A stretch of 64,000 nt of DNA from Candidatus Omnitrophota bacterium (GTDB taxonomy: Bacteria > Omnitrophota > Gorgyraeia > Zapsychrales > Zapsychraceae). Under the pieces are notes generated by a model, which saw only the letters and a program-made list of their open reading frames with translations, was not told the origin of the DNA and did no database searches. Positions 53,019 to 61,638 of this stretch are shown piece by piece. The first letter of the stretch is position 1. The number at the start of each line of letters is the position of its first letter. The DNA is taken from contig JADFYE010000007.1 of NCBI GenBank assembly GCA_015233195.1, positions 8,684 through 72,683 on the forward strand, given 5' to 3'. Position numbers and translations under genes: made by a program.

Positions 53019-54290
53019 ATGAAAATTTTAGTCATTGGTTCGGGTGGACGGGAACACGCGTTGGTGTGGAAAATTAAACAAAGTCCGCACGCGGAAAAAA
53101 TATTTTGCGCGCCGGGTAATGGTGGCATAGCGGCATTGGCTGAATGCATTGATATAAAAGCTGATGATGTTGCCGGGATATTGGCTTTTGCCAAAAAAGA
53201 AAAAATAGATTTAACTGTGGTGGGACCTGAAGTGCCTTTGGTATTAGGAATAGTAGATGCGTTTGAACAGGCTGGGCTATGTATATTCGGACCGACGCAG
53301 AATGCCGCGGAATTAGAGGGCAGTAAGATTTTCGCCAAAGAATTTATGAAGGAGATGGGGATACCTACGGCAGAGTTTGCTGCGTTTGATAATATTGTTG
53401 AAGCAAAAGAATATTTGAAAACCAGTGCTTTTCCAGTGGTGGTAAAAGCTGACGGATTAGCAGCAGGTAAAGGTGTTGTAATCTGCAAGAATGAGCAGGA
53501 AGCGATTGCAGCTTTAGATCAGATAATGGGCGAGAAGATTTTTAAGGATGCTGGCGCTAAAGTTGTGATTGAAGAATTTTTAGAGGGAGAGGAAGTTTCA
53601 GTATTAGCTATAAGTGATGGAACGCATTTTGTAATGTTGGACTCAGCGCAGGATCATAAACGGATTTTTGATAATGATCAGGGACCGAATACCGGCGGGA
53701 TGGGCGCGTATTCTCCGGCTCCGGTTTTAACCGCTGAATTAAAAGATGAGGTTGCTAAAAAAGTTATAGCTCCTACAGTTCGAGGTATGCAGCGGCGGGC
53801 TTCGCCTTTTGTTGGGGTTATTTACGCGGGGCTGATGATAACGCCGCGTGGTCCGATGGTATTGGAATATAACGCGCGTTTTGGCGATCCTGAAACCCAG
53901 GCAGTTTTGCCTCGTTTAAAAACTGATCTGGTAGATGTGTTAATGGCTGCGTGTAATGATACTTTAGATAAAATACATTTGGAATGGGATTCTCGTCCAG
54001 CAGTGTGTGTGGTAATGGCAGCAAAAGGATACCCTGGAGATTACCCTAAAGGTGATATGATTTTAGGATTGGATGCCGCGGCTAAAATTAAAGATGCGGT
54101 TGTGTTTCATGCCGGAACAGTGAGCAAAGATGGGGGAGTGGTTACTGCAGGCGGCAGAGTTTTAGGCGTGACAGCTTTAGGCGTTGATATTAAAAGCGCG
54201 ATCGCTCAGGCTTACGAAGCAGTTTCAAAAATCTCGTGGGGCGGCGCGTATTTTAGAAAAGATATAGGACATAAAGCTATTAATAGATAA
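53019..54290 (+). CDS. purD: Phosphoribosylamine-glycine ligase
   Basis: MKILVIGSGGREHAL..., ATP-grasp fold, full length. Confidence 0.95.
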   Translation: MKILVIGSGGREHALVWKIKQSPHAEKIFCAPGNGGIAALAECIDIKADDVAGILAFAKKEKIDLTVVGPEVPLVLGIVDAFEQAGLCIFGPTQNAAELEGSKIFAKEFMKEMGIPTAEFAAFDNIVEAKEYLKTSAFPVVVKADGLAAGKGVVICKNEQEAIAALDQIMGEKIFKDAGAKVVIEEFLEGEEVSVLAISDGTHFVMLDSAQDHKRIFDNDQGPNTGGMGAYSPAPVLTAELKDEVAKKVIAPTVRGMQRRASPFVGVIYAGLMITPRGPMVLEYNARFGDPETQAVLPRLKTDLVDVLMAACNDTLDKIHLEWDSRPAVCVVMAAKGYPGDYPKGDMILGLDAAAKIKDAVVFHAGTVSKDGGVVTAGGRVLGVTALGVDIKSAIAQAYEAVSKISWGGAYFRKDIGHKAINR

Positions 54291-54302
54291 AAAGGAGACG
54301 AT

Positions 54303-54791
54303 ATGTCGCATATTCTTGTTTCTATCATGATGGGCAGTAAAAATGATCTTTCGGTTATGGAAGACACGCTAAAGACTTTTAAAGAGTTTGGCGTGGGTTA
54401 TGAAGCTAAAGTTTTATCCGCGCATCGTACTCCTAAAGAAACAGTTGAATATGCTGAGAAATTAAAAAGCCGGGGGATAAAAGTAGTGATCTGCGGTGCT
54501 GGAGCATCTGCTGCTCTCGCCGGTACAGTTGCAGCGCATTCTGATCTGCCGGTATTAGGCGTGCCGATTGATGCTACTTGTTTTCATGGCTGGGATGCTT
54601 TACTTTCTACAGTGCAAATGCCTCCGGGAATTCCAGTAGCTTCTTTAGCTGTTGGTAAAATGGGGGCGAGAAACGCGGCATTATTCGCGTTAAGAATTTT
54701 AGCTTTACAGGATGATAGATTAGCGGATAAACTGGTGGCGTTCAAAGAAGAACAACGTAAAACCATTTTAGATACAAAAATTGAGCTGTGA
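54303..54791 (+). CDS. purE: N5-CAIR mutase
   Basis: IMMGSKNDL...SAHRTP... Confidence 0.9.
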   Translation: MSHILVSIMMGSKNDLSVMEDTLKTFKEFGVGYEAKVLSAHRTPKETVEYAEKLKSRGIKVVICGAGASAALAGTVAAHSDLPVLGVPIDATCFHGWDALLSTVQMPPGIPVASLAVGKMGARNAALFALRILALQDDRLADKLVAFKEEQRKTILDTKIEL

Positions 54792-55846
54792 AAACTAAAG
54801 TATTAAAAGTACATGCGGATTTTCCAGCGCGTGAAGTTATCGCTGAAGCGGCTAAGGCGTTAAGAGACGGTAAAGTTGTAATTTTCCCGACTGAAACTGT
54901 ATATGGCGTGGGTGTTGATTGTACTAATCAAAAAGCCATGGCGCGTCTTAAAGAAATCAAGCGTCGGACTGATAATAAACCTTTTGCTTTACTGTTGCCT
55001 TATATGGAAAGCGTTGCCCGGCATACAGCTGAAAATGCTGCTCTTTATAAATTGTTGACGAAATTTTGGCCTGGTCCATTAACTATAGTGGTTCCAAGCA
55101 AGCAGGGCGGGAATATTGGTTTGCGGATGCCGCGCCATACTGTGGCGCTAAATTTGATACGAGCAGCGGGTTGTGATATTGCTGCGCCGTCGGCTAATTT
55201 TGAAGGTAATCCCCCGCCGGTAAATTGCTCTCAGGCTTTACGGGATCTGGAGGGCTTGGTTGATCTGGCTCTAGATAGCGGCGAATCAGAGGTAAAACAA
55301 AGCTCGACAGTAGTGGATTTGACTTTTTCGCAGCCGAAAATTTTGAGGGAAGGCGTGATTACTTTAGAGGAAATTCAAAAAGTCATGAAAACCAAAACGA
55401 TTTTATTTGTTTGCACCGGTAATAGCTGCCGGTCAGTTATGGCAGAATATATTTTAAAAGACGCGCTTAAAAAAAATAAGCGGGACGATGTTGAGGTAAT
55501 GTCTGCAGGTACAGCAGTTTTTGTTAATGCTCCGGCGAGTAGTAATACTTTAGAGGTTTTACAGGCTGAAGGAATAGACGCTGGGGAGCATGTTTCTCAA
55601 CCAGTTGACAGTGCTTTGTTAAAACGAGCGGATTTGATTTTGACCATGACCAATGGTCATAGGCAGCAGATTATTGATAAAATACCGGAAGTCGCGTCTA
55701 GGGTTTTTTTACTTAGAGAATTTTCGGATAAAAATCCGACTGGAAATATGGACGTGGATGATCCGATGGGTGGGTCATTGCAAGAGTATAAAATGTGTTT
55801 GAGCGTTATTAAAGAAGCAGTGAATAAAATTATTGGATTAATATAA
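54788..55846 (+). CDS. tsaC: Fusion: YrdC/TsaC-type threonylcarbamoyl-AMP synthase + low-molecular-weight protein phosphatase
   Basis: The N-terminal half has VIFPTETVYGVGVD (YrdC). The C-terminal half has ILFVCTGNSCRSVMAE (the CX5R(S/T) P-loop). Confidence 0.8.
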   Translation: MKTKVLKVHADFPAREVIAEAAKALRDGKVVIFPTETVYGVGVDCTNQKAMARLKEIKRRTDNKPFALLLPYMESVARHTAENAALYKLLTKFWPGPLTIVVPSKQGGNIGLRMPRHTVALNLIRAAGCDIAAPSANFEGNPPPVNCSQALRDLEGLVDLALDSGESEVKQSSTVVDLTFSQPKILREGVITLEEIQKVMKTKTILFVCTGNSCRSVMAEYILKDALKKNKRDDVEVMSAGTAVFVNAPASSNTLEVLQAEGIDAGEHVSQPVDSALLKRADLILTMTNGHRQQIIDKIPEVASRVFLLREFSDKNPTGNMDVDDPMGGSLQEYKMCLSVIKEAVNKIIGLI

Positions 55847-55855
55847 AGGATAAAC

Positions 55856-56308
55856 ATGAAAGTATACATTGGCGCGGATCACCGCGGTTTTGATTATAAA
55901 ACCAAGATTAAAAAGATTTTGGAAAAATTGGGACATGAAGTTTTTGACGTCGGAACTAATGATCCGGAATGCAGCTGCGATTATCCGCGATTCGCTTATG
56001 AAGTAGCGACTAAAGTGGCAAAATTTAAAAATTCTCGGGGAATATTGGTTTGTATGTCTGGGATTGGACAATCGATCGCGGCAAATAAAGTTAAAGGCGC
56101 GTATGCCGCGTTAGTATACAGCGTCCAATCAGCACGGTTGTCTCGTCAGCATAACAATGCCAATATTTTAGTGATCGGGATGGAATCAATAAAAGCCAAA
56201 GATCTTAAGACGGTGGTTGAAGTGTGGATGAATGAAAAATTTGAAGGCGGTAGACACCAGAGAAGGTTTAATTTAATAAAGAAAATTGAAGCAGGAAAAG
56301 CTATTTAA
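55856..56308 (+). CDS. rpiB: Ribose-5-phosphate isomerase B
   Basis: MKVYIGADHRGFDYK...GILVCMSGIG.SIAANK. Confidence 0.9.
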   Translation: MKVYIGADHRGFDYKTKIKKILEKLGHEVFDVGTNDPECSCDYPRFAYEVATKVAKFKNSRGILVCMSGIGQSIAANKVKGAYAALVYSVQSARLSRQHNNANILVIGMESIKAKDLKTVVEVWMNEKFEGGRHQRRFNLIKKIEAGKAI

Positions 56309-56322
56309 TTTAGGAGAAGAAT

Positions 56323-57570
56323 ATGAGTTTGCATAAAGTTGATCTGGAGATTTTTGAGGCGATTAGTAAAGAATTAAATCGTCAGAAAAATAATTTGGAA
56401 TTGATCGCGTCGGAAAACATCGTGTCTGAGGCGGTGTTAGCAGCACAGGGTTCAGTGTTGACAAACAAGTACGCGGAAGGTTATCCTGCTGCCCGCTGGT
56501 ACAATGGTTGTGAATTTGTCGACGAGGCTGAGCAGTTGGCAATCGATCGCGCGAAACAATTATTCAAAGCTGAGCATGTTAATGTCCAGGCTCATTCTGG
56601 TTCACAGGCAAACATGGCAGTATATTTGGCAGCTTTGGAATATGGTGATACTGTTTTGGCTATGGACTTGGCATGCGGCGGACATTTGACTCACGGACTT
56701 AACATAAATTTTTCCGGTAAATCATATAAATTTATTGGCTATAAAGTTAATTCTAAGACGGAACAACTGGATTATGATGAAATTGCCGCTCTGGCAAAAG
56801 AGCATAAACCAAAGATGATAGTTGCTGGCGCGTCAGCTTATTCTCGGACGATAGATTTTAAAAAGTTCCGTGAGATTTGCGATTCAGTAGGTGCAATGTT
56901 GTTTGTAGATATGGCGCATATTGCAGGTTTGGTTGCTGTAGGACTACATCCCTCTCCAGTGCCGTACGCTGAATTTGTTACTACGACTACCCACAAAACT
57001 TTGCGAGGTCCTCGCGGCGGCATGATACTTTGCAAAGAAGCTTTTGCGAAAAAATTAAATTCGCGTATATTTCCGGGAATTCAGGGTGGACCGTTGATGC
57101 ATGTCATTGCTGCAAAAGCTGTAGCATTTAAAGAAGCTTTGAGTCCGGAGTTTAAAAATTATCAAATGCAAGTTTTAGCGAATGCAAAAGTTTTTGCCAA
57201 AGAATTAGAAACGCTTGGTTATCGTATTGTTGCGGGAGGCACAGATAATCATTTATTTATGGTTGATCTGCGACCGAAGAATATTTCTGGAAAAGATGCG
57301 GCAACATTGTTGGATCAGGTGAGAATTACGGTTAATAAAAATCTGATTCCTTTTGATCCACAGCCTCCGACTGTAACCAGCGGAATTAGAGTAGGGACAC
57401 CGGCTGTTACTACACGGGGCATGAAGGAAGCGGAAATGAAACAAATCGCGCGTTTGATCGACCAGGCGGTAATTAATCGGGACAATAAAGCTAAATTAGA
57501 TGAAGTTAAATTGCAGGTCGAGAAATTGACCAAACAATTCCCGATTTATGAAAATTTAAAAATAAATTAA
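56323..57570 (+). CDS. glyA: Serine hydroxymethyltransferase
   Basis: LIASEN...[14 protein letters not shown]. Confidence 0.95.
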   Translation: MSLHKVDLEIFEAISKELNRQKNNLELIASENIVSEAVLAAQGSVLTNKYAEGYPAARWYNGCEFVDEAEQLAIDRAKQLFKAEHVNVQAHSGSQANMAVYLAALEYGDTVLAMDLACGGHLTHGLNINFSGKSYKFIGYKVNSKTEQLDYDEIAALAKEHKPKMIVAGASAYSRTIDFKKFREICDSVGAMLFVDMAHIAGLVAVGLHPSPVPYAEFVTTTTHKTLRGPRGGMILCKEAFAKKLNSRIFPGIQGGPLMHVIAAKAVAFKEALSPEFKNYQMQVLANAKVFAKELETLGYRIVAGGTDNHLFMVDLRPKNISGKDAATLLDQVRITVNKNLIPFDPQPPTVTSGIRVGTPAVTTRGMKEAEMKQIARLIDQAVINRDNKAKLDEVKLQVEKLTKQFPIYENLKIN

Positions 57571-57573
57571 TTT

Positions 57574-58032
57574 ATGAAATGTCCGACGTGTCATTATAGT
57601 GAAACTAAAGTTGTTGATTCGCGTTTAGGTGGCGACGGTAATTCTATCCGGCGCAGACGAGAATGTTTAAAATGTCAGTTTCGTTTTACTACTTATGAAT
57701 ACGTTGAGCATGTGCCTTTGTTAGTGGTTAAACGGGATGGTCGGCGTCAAGCATTTGATAGGGAAAAAATAATTTCCGGTTTGGTTAAAGCTTGCGAAAA
57801 ACGTCCGGTAAGTATTGAAAAAATTGATAATATTACCAATGAGATTGAACGGACTATTCAGAAGAAATACGACCAGGAAGTTAATTCTAAGGATATTGGT
57901 GAAATGGTAATGGAACAGTTGATGCCGGTAGATGAAGTGGCTTATGTAAGGTTTGCGTCGGTGTATAGGCAGTTTCGTGACGTGAACCAATTTATGAAAG
58001 AATTGCAGGAGATGAAGGAAAAAGGCAAGTAA
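57574..58032 (+). CDS. nrdR: Transcriptional repressor NrdR
   Basis: [17 protein letters not shown] zinc ribbon plus ATP-cone. Confidence 0.9.
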   Translation: MKCPTCHYSETKVVDSRLGGDGNSIRRRRECLKCQFRFTTYEYVEHVPLLVVKRDGRRQAFDREKIISGLVKACEKRPVSIEKIDNITNEIERTIQKKYDQEVNSKDIGEMVMEQLMPVDEVAYVRFASVYRQFRDVNQFMKELQEMKEKGK

Positions 58033-58443
58033 ATGATTCGTGTTGAATTAAGTAAAATTATTATTGATGAGAAAAGATCTGACCAGGTTATTGTCTTAAA
58101 GGAAAAAGACGGCGACCGGCAGTTCCCGATCATTATTGGTTTAGTTGAAGCATCCAGTATAAAAATGGAGCTCTCAAAGATCAAGCCGCCGCGTCCTTTG
58201 ACCCATGATTTTTTGTATAGTGTTACTGCAGCGTTGGACGCTAAAGTAGAATCTTTGGCTATTGATAAAATGGTTAAAGGCACTTTCTTCGGTAAGCTGA
58301 TCTTGATCTCAAAAGAAGGGGAACGTAAAGTGGTGGATTGTCGTCCATCCGACGGGATAGCTTTGGCTGCCCGCGCGTCTGCCCCAATATATGTTTCTGA
58401 AGAAGTGATGCAAAACGCGGATATTTTTAGAGTTGAAGAATAA
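58033..58443 (+). CDS. Bifunctional nuclease (BFN/DUF151) family protein
   Basis: RQFPIIIG..EA..I......PPRPLTHDF...CRPSDGIALAAR..APIYV. Confidence 0.75.
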   Translation: MIRVELSKIIIDEKRSDQVIVLKEKDGDRQFPIIIGLVEASSIKMELSKIKPPRPLTHDFLYSVTAALDAKVESLAIDKMVKGTFFGKLILISKEGERKVVDCRPSDGIALAARASAPIYVSEEVMQNADIFRVEE

Positions 58444-58447
58444 AAAT

Positions 58448-59893
58448 ATGGCTTTTTTATCCGATTATCCACATTTGTTTACCCTTCGTGAACTTGCCCT
58501 CCAAAAGAAAATATCAATTTACATGGTCGGTGGTTTTGTCCGCGATTTAATTTTAAAACGCGTTAATCTGGATTTTGATTTTGCAGTTGAAAAGAACGCG
58601 CTTAAATTAGCTGAAGCTTTTGCGGATAAAATAAAAGGCGCTTATGTTTTGTTAGATGATGAAAATGTATGCGGTCGAGTGGTTAAAAAACAAAAAGGGA
58701 TTATTTATACTTACGATTTCGCCCAGTTTCGCGCGCCTACCTTAAAACAGGATTTAGCTCATCGAGATTTTTCAATCAACACTTTGTTGATTGATATAAA
58801 TAATATTTCTTTAGATGAAGATTTAACCGCGCAGATAAAAGATCAGAATAAAGGATTGGTTGATCTTAAAAAGAAAACAATCCGCATGGTGTCGCCAAAG
58901 ATATTTGTCGAGGATCCGTTGCGGGTTTTGCGCGCTTATAGCATCTGCGCGGTATTAAATTTTAAGATCGACCCTAACACCCTTAAACAAATTCAAAAAG
59001 ATATGAAGCTGCTCCATAAGGTTTCTATGGAACGCGTTCGGGAAGAATTCTTTAAAATATTAGGTTCACCGAGTGCAGCTTTGGTTTTGAAAGAGATGGA
59101 TAAGATTGGTTTGTTATCTGAGATTATTCCGCAAATTCAGGTTATGAAAGGGTGTAAACAAGGAGGGTATCATCATTTGGATGTATGGAAACATTCAATG
59201 GAGGCGCTGCGGCAATATGAAATTTTAGCTGAAAATTTTACCGGAACAGAAATGGGTGCTTATTTAAATAAACCTTTGAGTGGTACGCATACTTATAATG
59301 CCATGATTAAATTGGCGTGTCTATTACATGATATTGGTAAGCCTGATACTCGAAAGAAAGAAATAAATGGATTTTCTTTTCATGGTCATGAGAATGCTGG
59401 CAAAGGGATGGCTCGTCATATAGCTAAGATGTTAAAATTGTCGACTGAAGAGCGGCATTGGCTGGAAGATTTGGTGGCGTTTCATTTACGTCCGGGTTAT
59501 TTAGCAAATTTTAAAGTACCAAGTTCGCGGGCGATATTCAGATTTTTGCGAGACGCTGGTTATAAAGCGCCGGCTATAACCATTTTAACTATGGCGGATC
59601 AATTAGCGACCAGAGGACCTTTGACTACGCAGGAATCAATGGATCATTTAGCGCAAATATGCGGGGATTTGATTAAAGAATATTTTAGAAAACAAAATGA
59701 AAAACCTTTGGTGAAGTTTATTAATGGGCATGATATTATGAAGGCGTTGAAATTAAAGCCGTCTCCTGAAGTGGGTAAGATTTTGCGGGAGGTTGAAGAA
59801 GCGCAGGCGTTGGGGAAAATTAAAACAAAAGAAGAAGCGGTGGAGCTGGCGAGAAAAATTTGCGTATCTCAGCGGAGCGAATGTGAAAATTAA
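58448..59893 (+). CDS. cca: CCA-adding enzyme / poly(A) polymerase-family nucleotidyltransferase with HD domain
   Basis: YMVGGFVRDLIL head domain and the HD motif CLLHDIGKP. Confidence 0.8.
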   Translation: MAFLSDYPHLFTLRELALQKKISIYMVGGFVRDLILKRVNLDFDFAVEKNALKLAEAFADKIKGAYVLLDDENVCGRVVKKQKGIIYTYDFAQFRAPTLKQDLAHRDFSINTLLIDINNISLDEDLTAQIKDQNKGLVDLKKKTIRMVSPKIFVEDPLRVLRAYSICAVLNFKIDPNTLKQIQKDMKLLHKVSMERVREEFFKILGSPSAALVLKEMDKIGLLSEIIPQIQVMKGCKQGGYHHLDVWKHSMEALRQYEILAENFTGTEMGAYLNKPLSGTHTYNAMIKLACLLHDIGKPDTRKKEINGFSFHGHENAGKGMARHIAKMLKLSTEERHWLEDLVAFHLRPGYLANFKVPSSRAIFRFLRDAGYKAPAITILTMADQLATRGPLTTQESMDHLAQICGDLIKEYFRKQNEKPLVKFINGHDIMKALKLKPSPEVGKILREVEEAQALGKIKTKEEAVELARKICVSQRSECEN

Positions 59894-60659
59894 AAATTGT
59901 GAATTAGAAATTGTTAAAGGCGATATTGCGCAATTTAAAGCTGATTATATTGTGGATGAGGCTGTTTTTGGTTTAGACGGTAAAATTGATGAGCATAAAA
60001 TTCGTGAAGCGAGCGCGAAAGCTTTGACATTAGCAAATGAAAAGGGTGCGTCGTCTATTGCTTTTCCCGCATTAGGCTGCGGCAGCGGATTTCCCTTAGT
60101 GGGAGCAGCAAAGATTATGGCGCAGGAAGTTTTGAAATTTTTAAAATTAAATAAAGAAACTTCTTTAAAGAAAATTTTATTTTGTCTTTTAGACGATAAA
60201 ACCTACCAAACCTTTTTTAATACAGTGTCTGGTTATGTCACGCATTTTCAGGATACTTTAGGAGACGGTCCTTATGTTACTGCTGATATAATTATTGAGA
60301 TAGAAGCCGGCATTGTTTTGATCGAGCGTTCGAATCCGCCGTTTGGGTTTGCTTTGCCAGGCGGGTTTGTGGATTATGGAGAGTCAGTTGAGACTGCGGC
60401 ACGTCGTGAAGCAAAGGAAGAAACTAATCTCGAAGTAACAGAGCTAAAACAATTTCATACTTATTCAGCGCCTGATCGTGATCCGCGTTTTCACACAGTT
60501 ACTGTAACGTTTACAGCTAAGGGAGTGGGTACGCCTAAGGCTGGTGATGATGCAGCAGCTCTACGGATTGTGAAGTTTGAGGATTTGATGAGTTATGATT
60601 ACGCGTTTGATCACAAAAATGTTATTAAAGATTTTTTAGACCATAAAGGGACAATATGA
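59883..60659 (+). CDS. Fusion: Macro-like domain + NUDIX hydrolase
   Basis: The GTG at 59883 overlaps the cca stop. It has a Macro-like N-half (IVKGDIAQFKADYIV...IAFPALGCGSGFP) and the NUDIX box GGFVDYGESVETAARREAKEETNL. Confidence 0.7.
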   Translation: MKIKNCELEIVKGDIAQFKADYIVDEAVFGLDGKIDEHKIREASAKALTLANEKGASSIAFPALGCGSGFPLVGAAKIMAQEVLKFLKLNKETSLKKILFCLLDDKTYQTFFNTVSGYVTHFQDTLGDGPYVTADIIIEIEAGIVLIERSNPPFGFALPGGFVDYGESVETAARREAKEETNLEVTELKQFHTYSAPDRDPRFHTVTVTFTAKGVGTPKAGDDAAALRIVKFEDLMSYDYAFDHKNVIKDFLDHKGTI

Positions 60660-61543
60660 ATTCACACGCAAGTCACGAAAAGAATAAAGCCGCGGGCAGT
60701 TCAGTTATCGCCGCGTTAGGTTTAACTGGCATGAAGATTGTGGTGGGAGTTATGACCGGAAGTCTGGGTATTATAGCTGAAGCTGCGCATTCGGGCTTGG
60801 ATCTGGTCGCTGCAGTTATTACTGCGTTTGCGGTTAAAAAATCAGCTGAGCCTGCAGACCGCGAACATCCTTATGGTCACGGTAAGTTTGAAAATCTTTC
60901 GGCTTTTGTTGAGACGCTGTTATTACTTTTTACAGCAGGATGGATCATAATGACAGCTATTAAACATATAATTGCTGGCAAAGTTGAGATTGAGGTAACG
61001 TTCTGGTCATTTGCAGTTATGATCGTTTCGATAATTGTGGATATTTCCCGCTCGAGGATGTTGTACCGGGTAGCAAAAAAATATAACAGTCAGGCGCTGG
61101 AAGCTGACGCGTTGCATTTTAGTACGGATATTTGGAGTTCTGCTGTAGTCGTTTTTGGTTTATTTTGTGTGTTGTTGAGCGATTGGGTAAAGGGCTGGGA
61201 TTTCCTGCATTATGCTGATTCGGTCGCTGCGCTTATAATCGCGATTATAGTTATTCAAGTAAGCATGAAATTAGGCAAGCAGACCATTGATTCTTTATTA
61301 GATGTTGCGCCTAAAGGTTTGGATTTAAAGATCAAAACTACAGTTGAAGCTTTGCCGTATGTTAAAAACTGCCATAAAATCCGCATTCGTTCCCTCGGAC
61401 ATCAGTATTTTATTGAACTGCATGTTGTAATGGACGGAAGCATAGCTCTGCGTGAAGCGCACGCCTTGACCGAGGAGATTGAAAAAGTAATTGAAGGCAT
61501 TCTCCCCGACGCCGACGTTACAGTCCATCCCGAAGCGAATTAA
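60656..61543 (+). CDS. Cation diffusion facilitator family transporter
   Basis: Six TM, EAAHSGLDLVAAVI and HFSTDIWSS metal-site motifs, and a C-terminal cytoplasmic domain. Confidence 0.85.
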   Translation: MNSHASHEKNKAAGSSVIAALGLTGMKIVVGVMTGSLGIIAEAAHSGLDLVAAVITAFAVKKSAEPADREHPYGHGKFENLSAFVETLLLLFTAGWIIMTAIKHIIAGKVEIEVTFWSFAVMIVSIIVDISRSRMLYRVAKKYNSQALEADALHFSTDIWSSAVVVFGLFCVLLSDWVKGWDFLHYADSVAALIIAIIVIQVSMKLGKQTIDSLLDVAPKGLDLKIKTTVEALPYVKNCHKIRIRSLGHQYFIELHVVMDGSIALREAHALTEEIEKVIEGILPDADVTVHPEAN

Positions 61544-61638
61544 AATCATTTCGTTTTGCTTTTCCCTCTTGTTACATGGCATACTTTCCTTACTAACTCT
61601 AAATATTAATAATACTAATTAATCTTAAATTTCAAGTT

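Noticed and set aside
52946-53488. A 180-aa minus-strand ORF, and similar long antisense ORFs (14391-14969, 15471-15902, 57942-58472, 44309-44752, 17042-17482, 6978-7361, 37-240).
   Set aside because: Each lies entirely opposite a confidently identified gene (purD, comM, BFN/cca, pilT, accA, zeta kinase, mutS). Their translations are low-complexity shadow-frame sequences.
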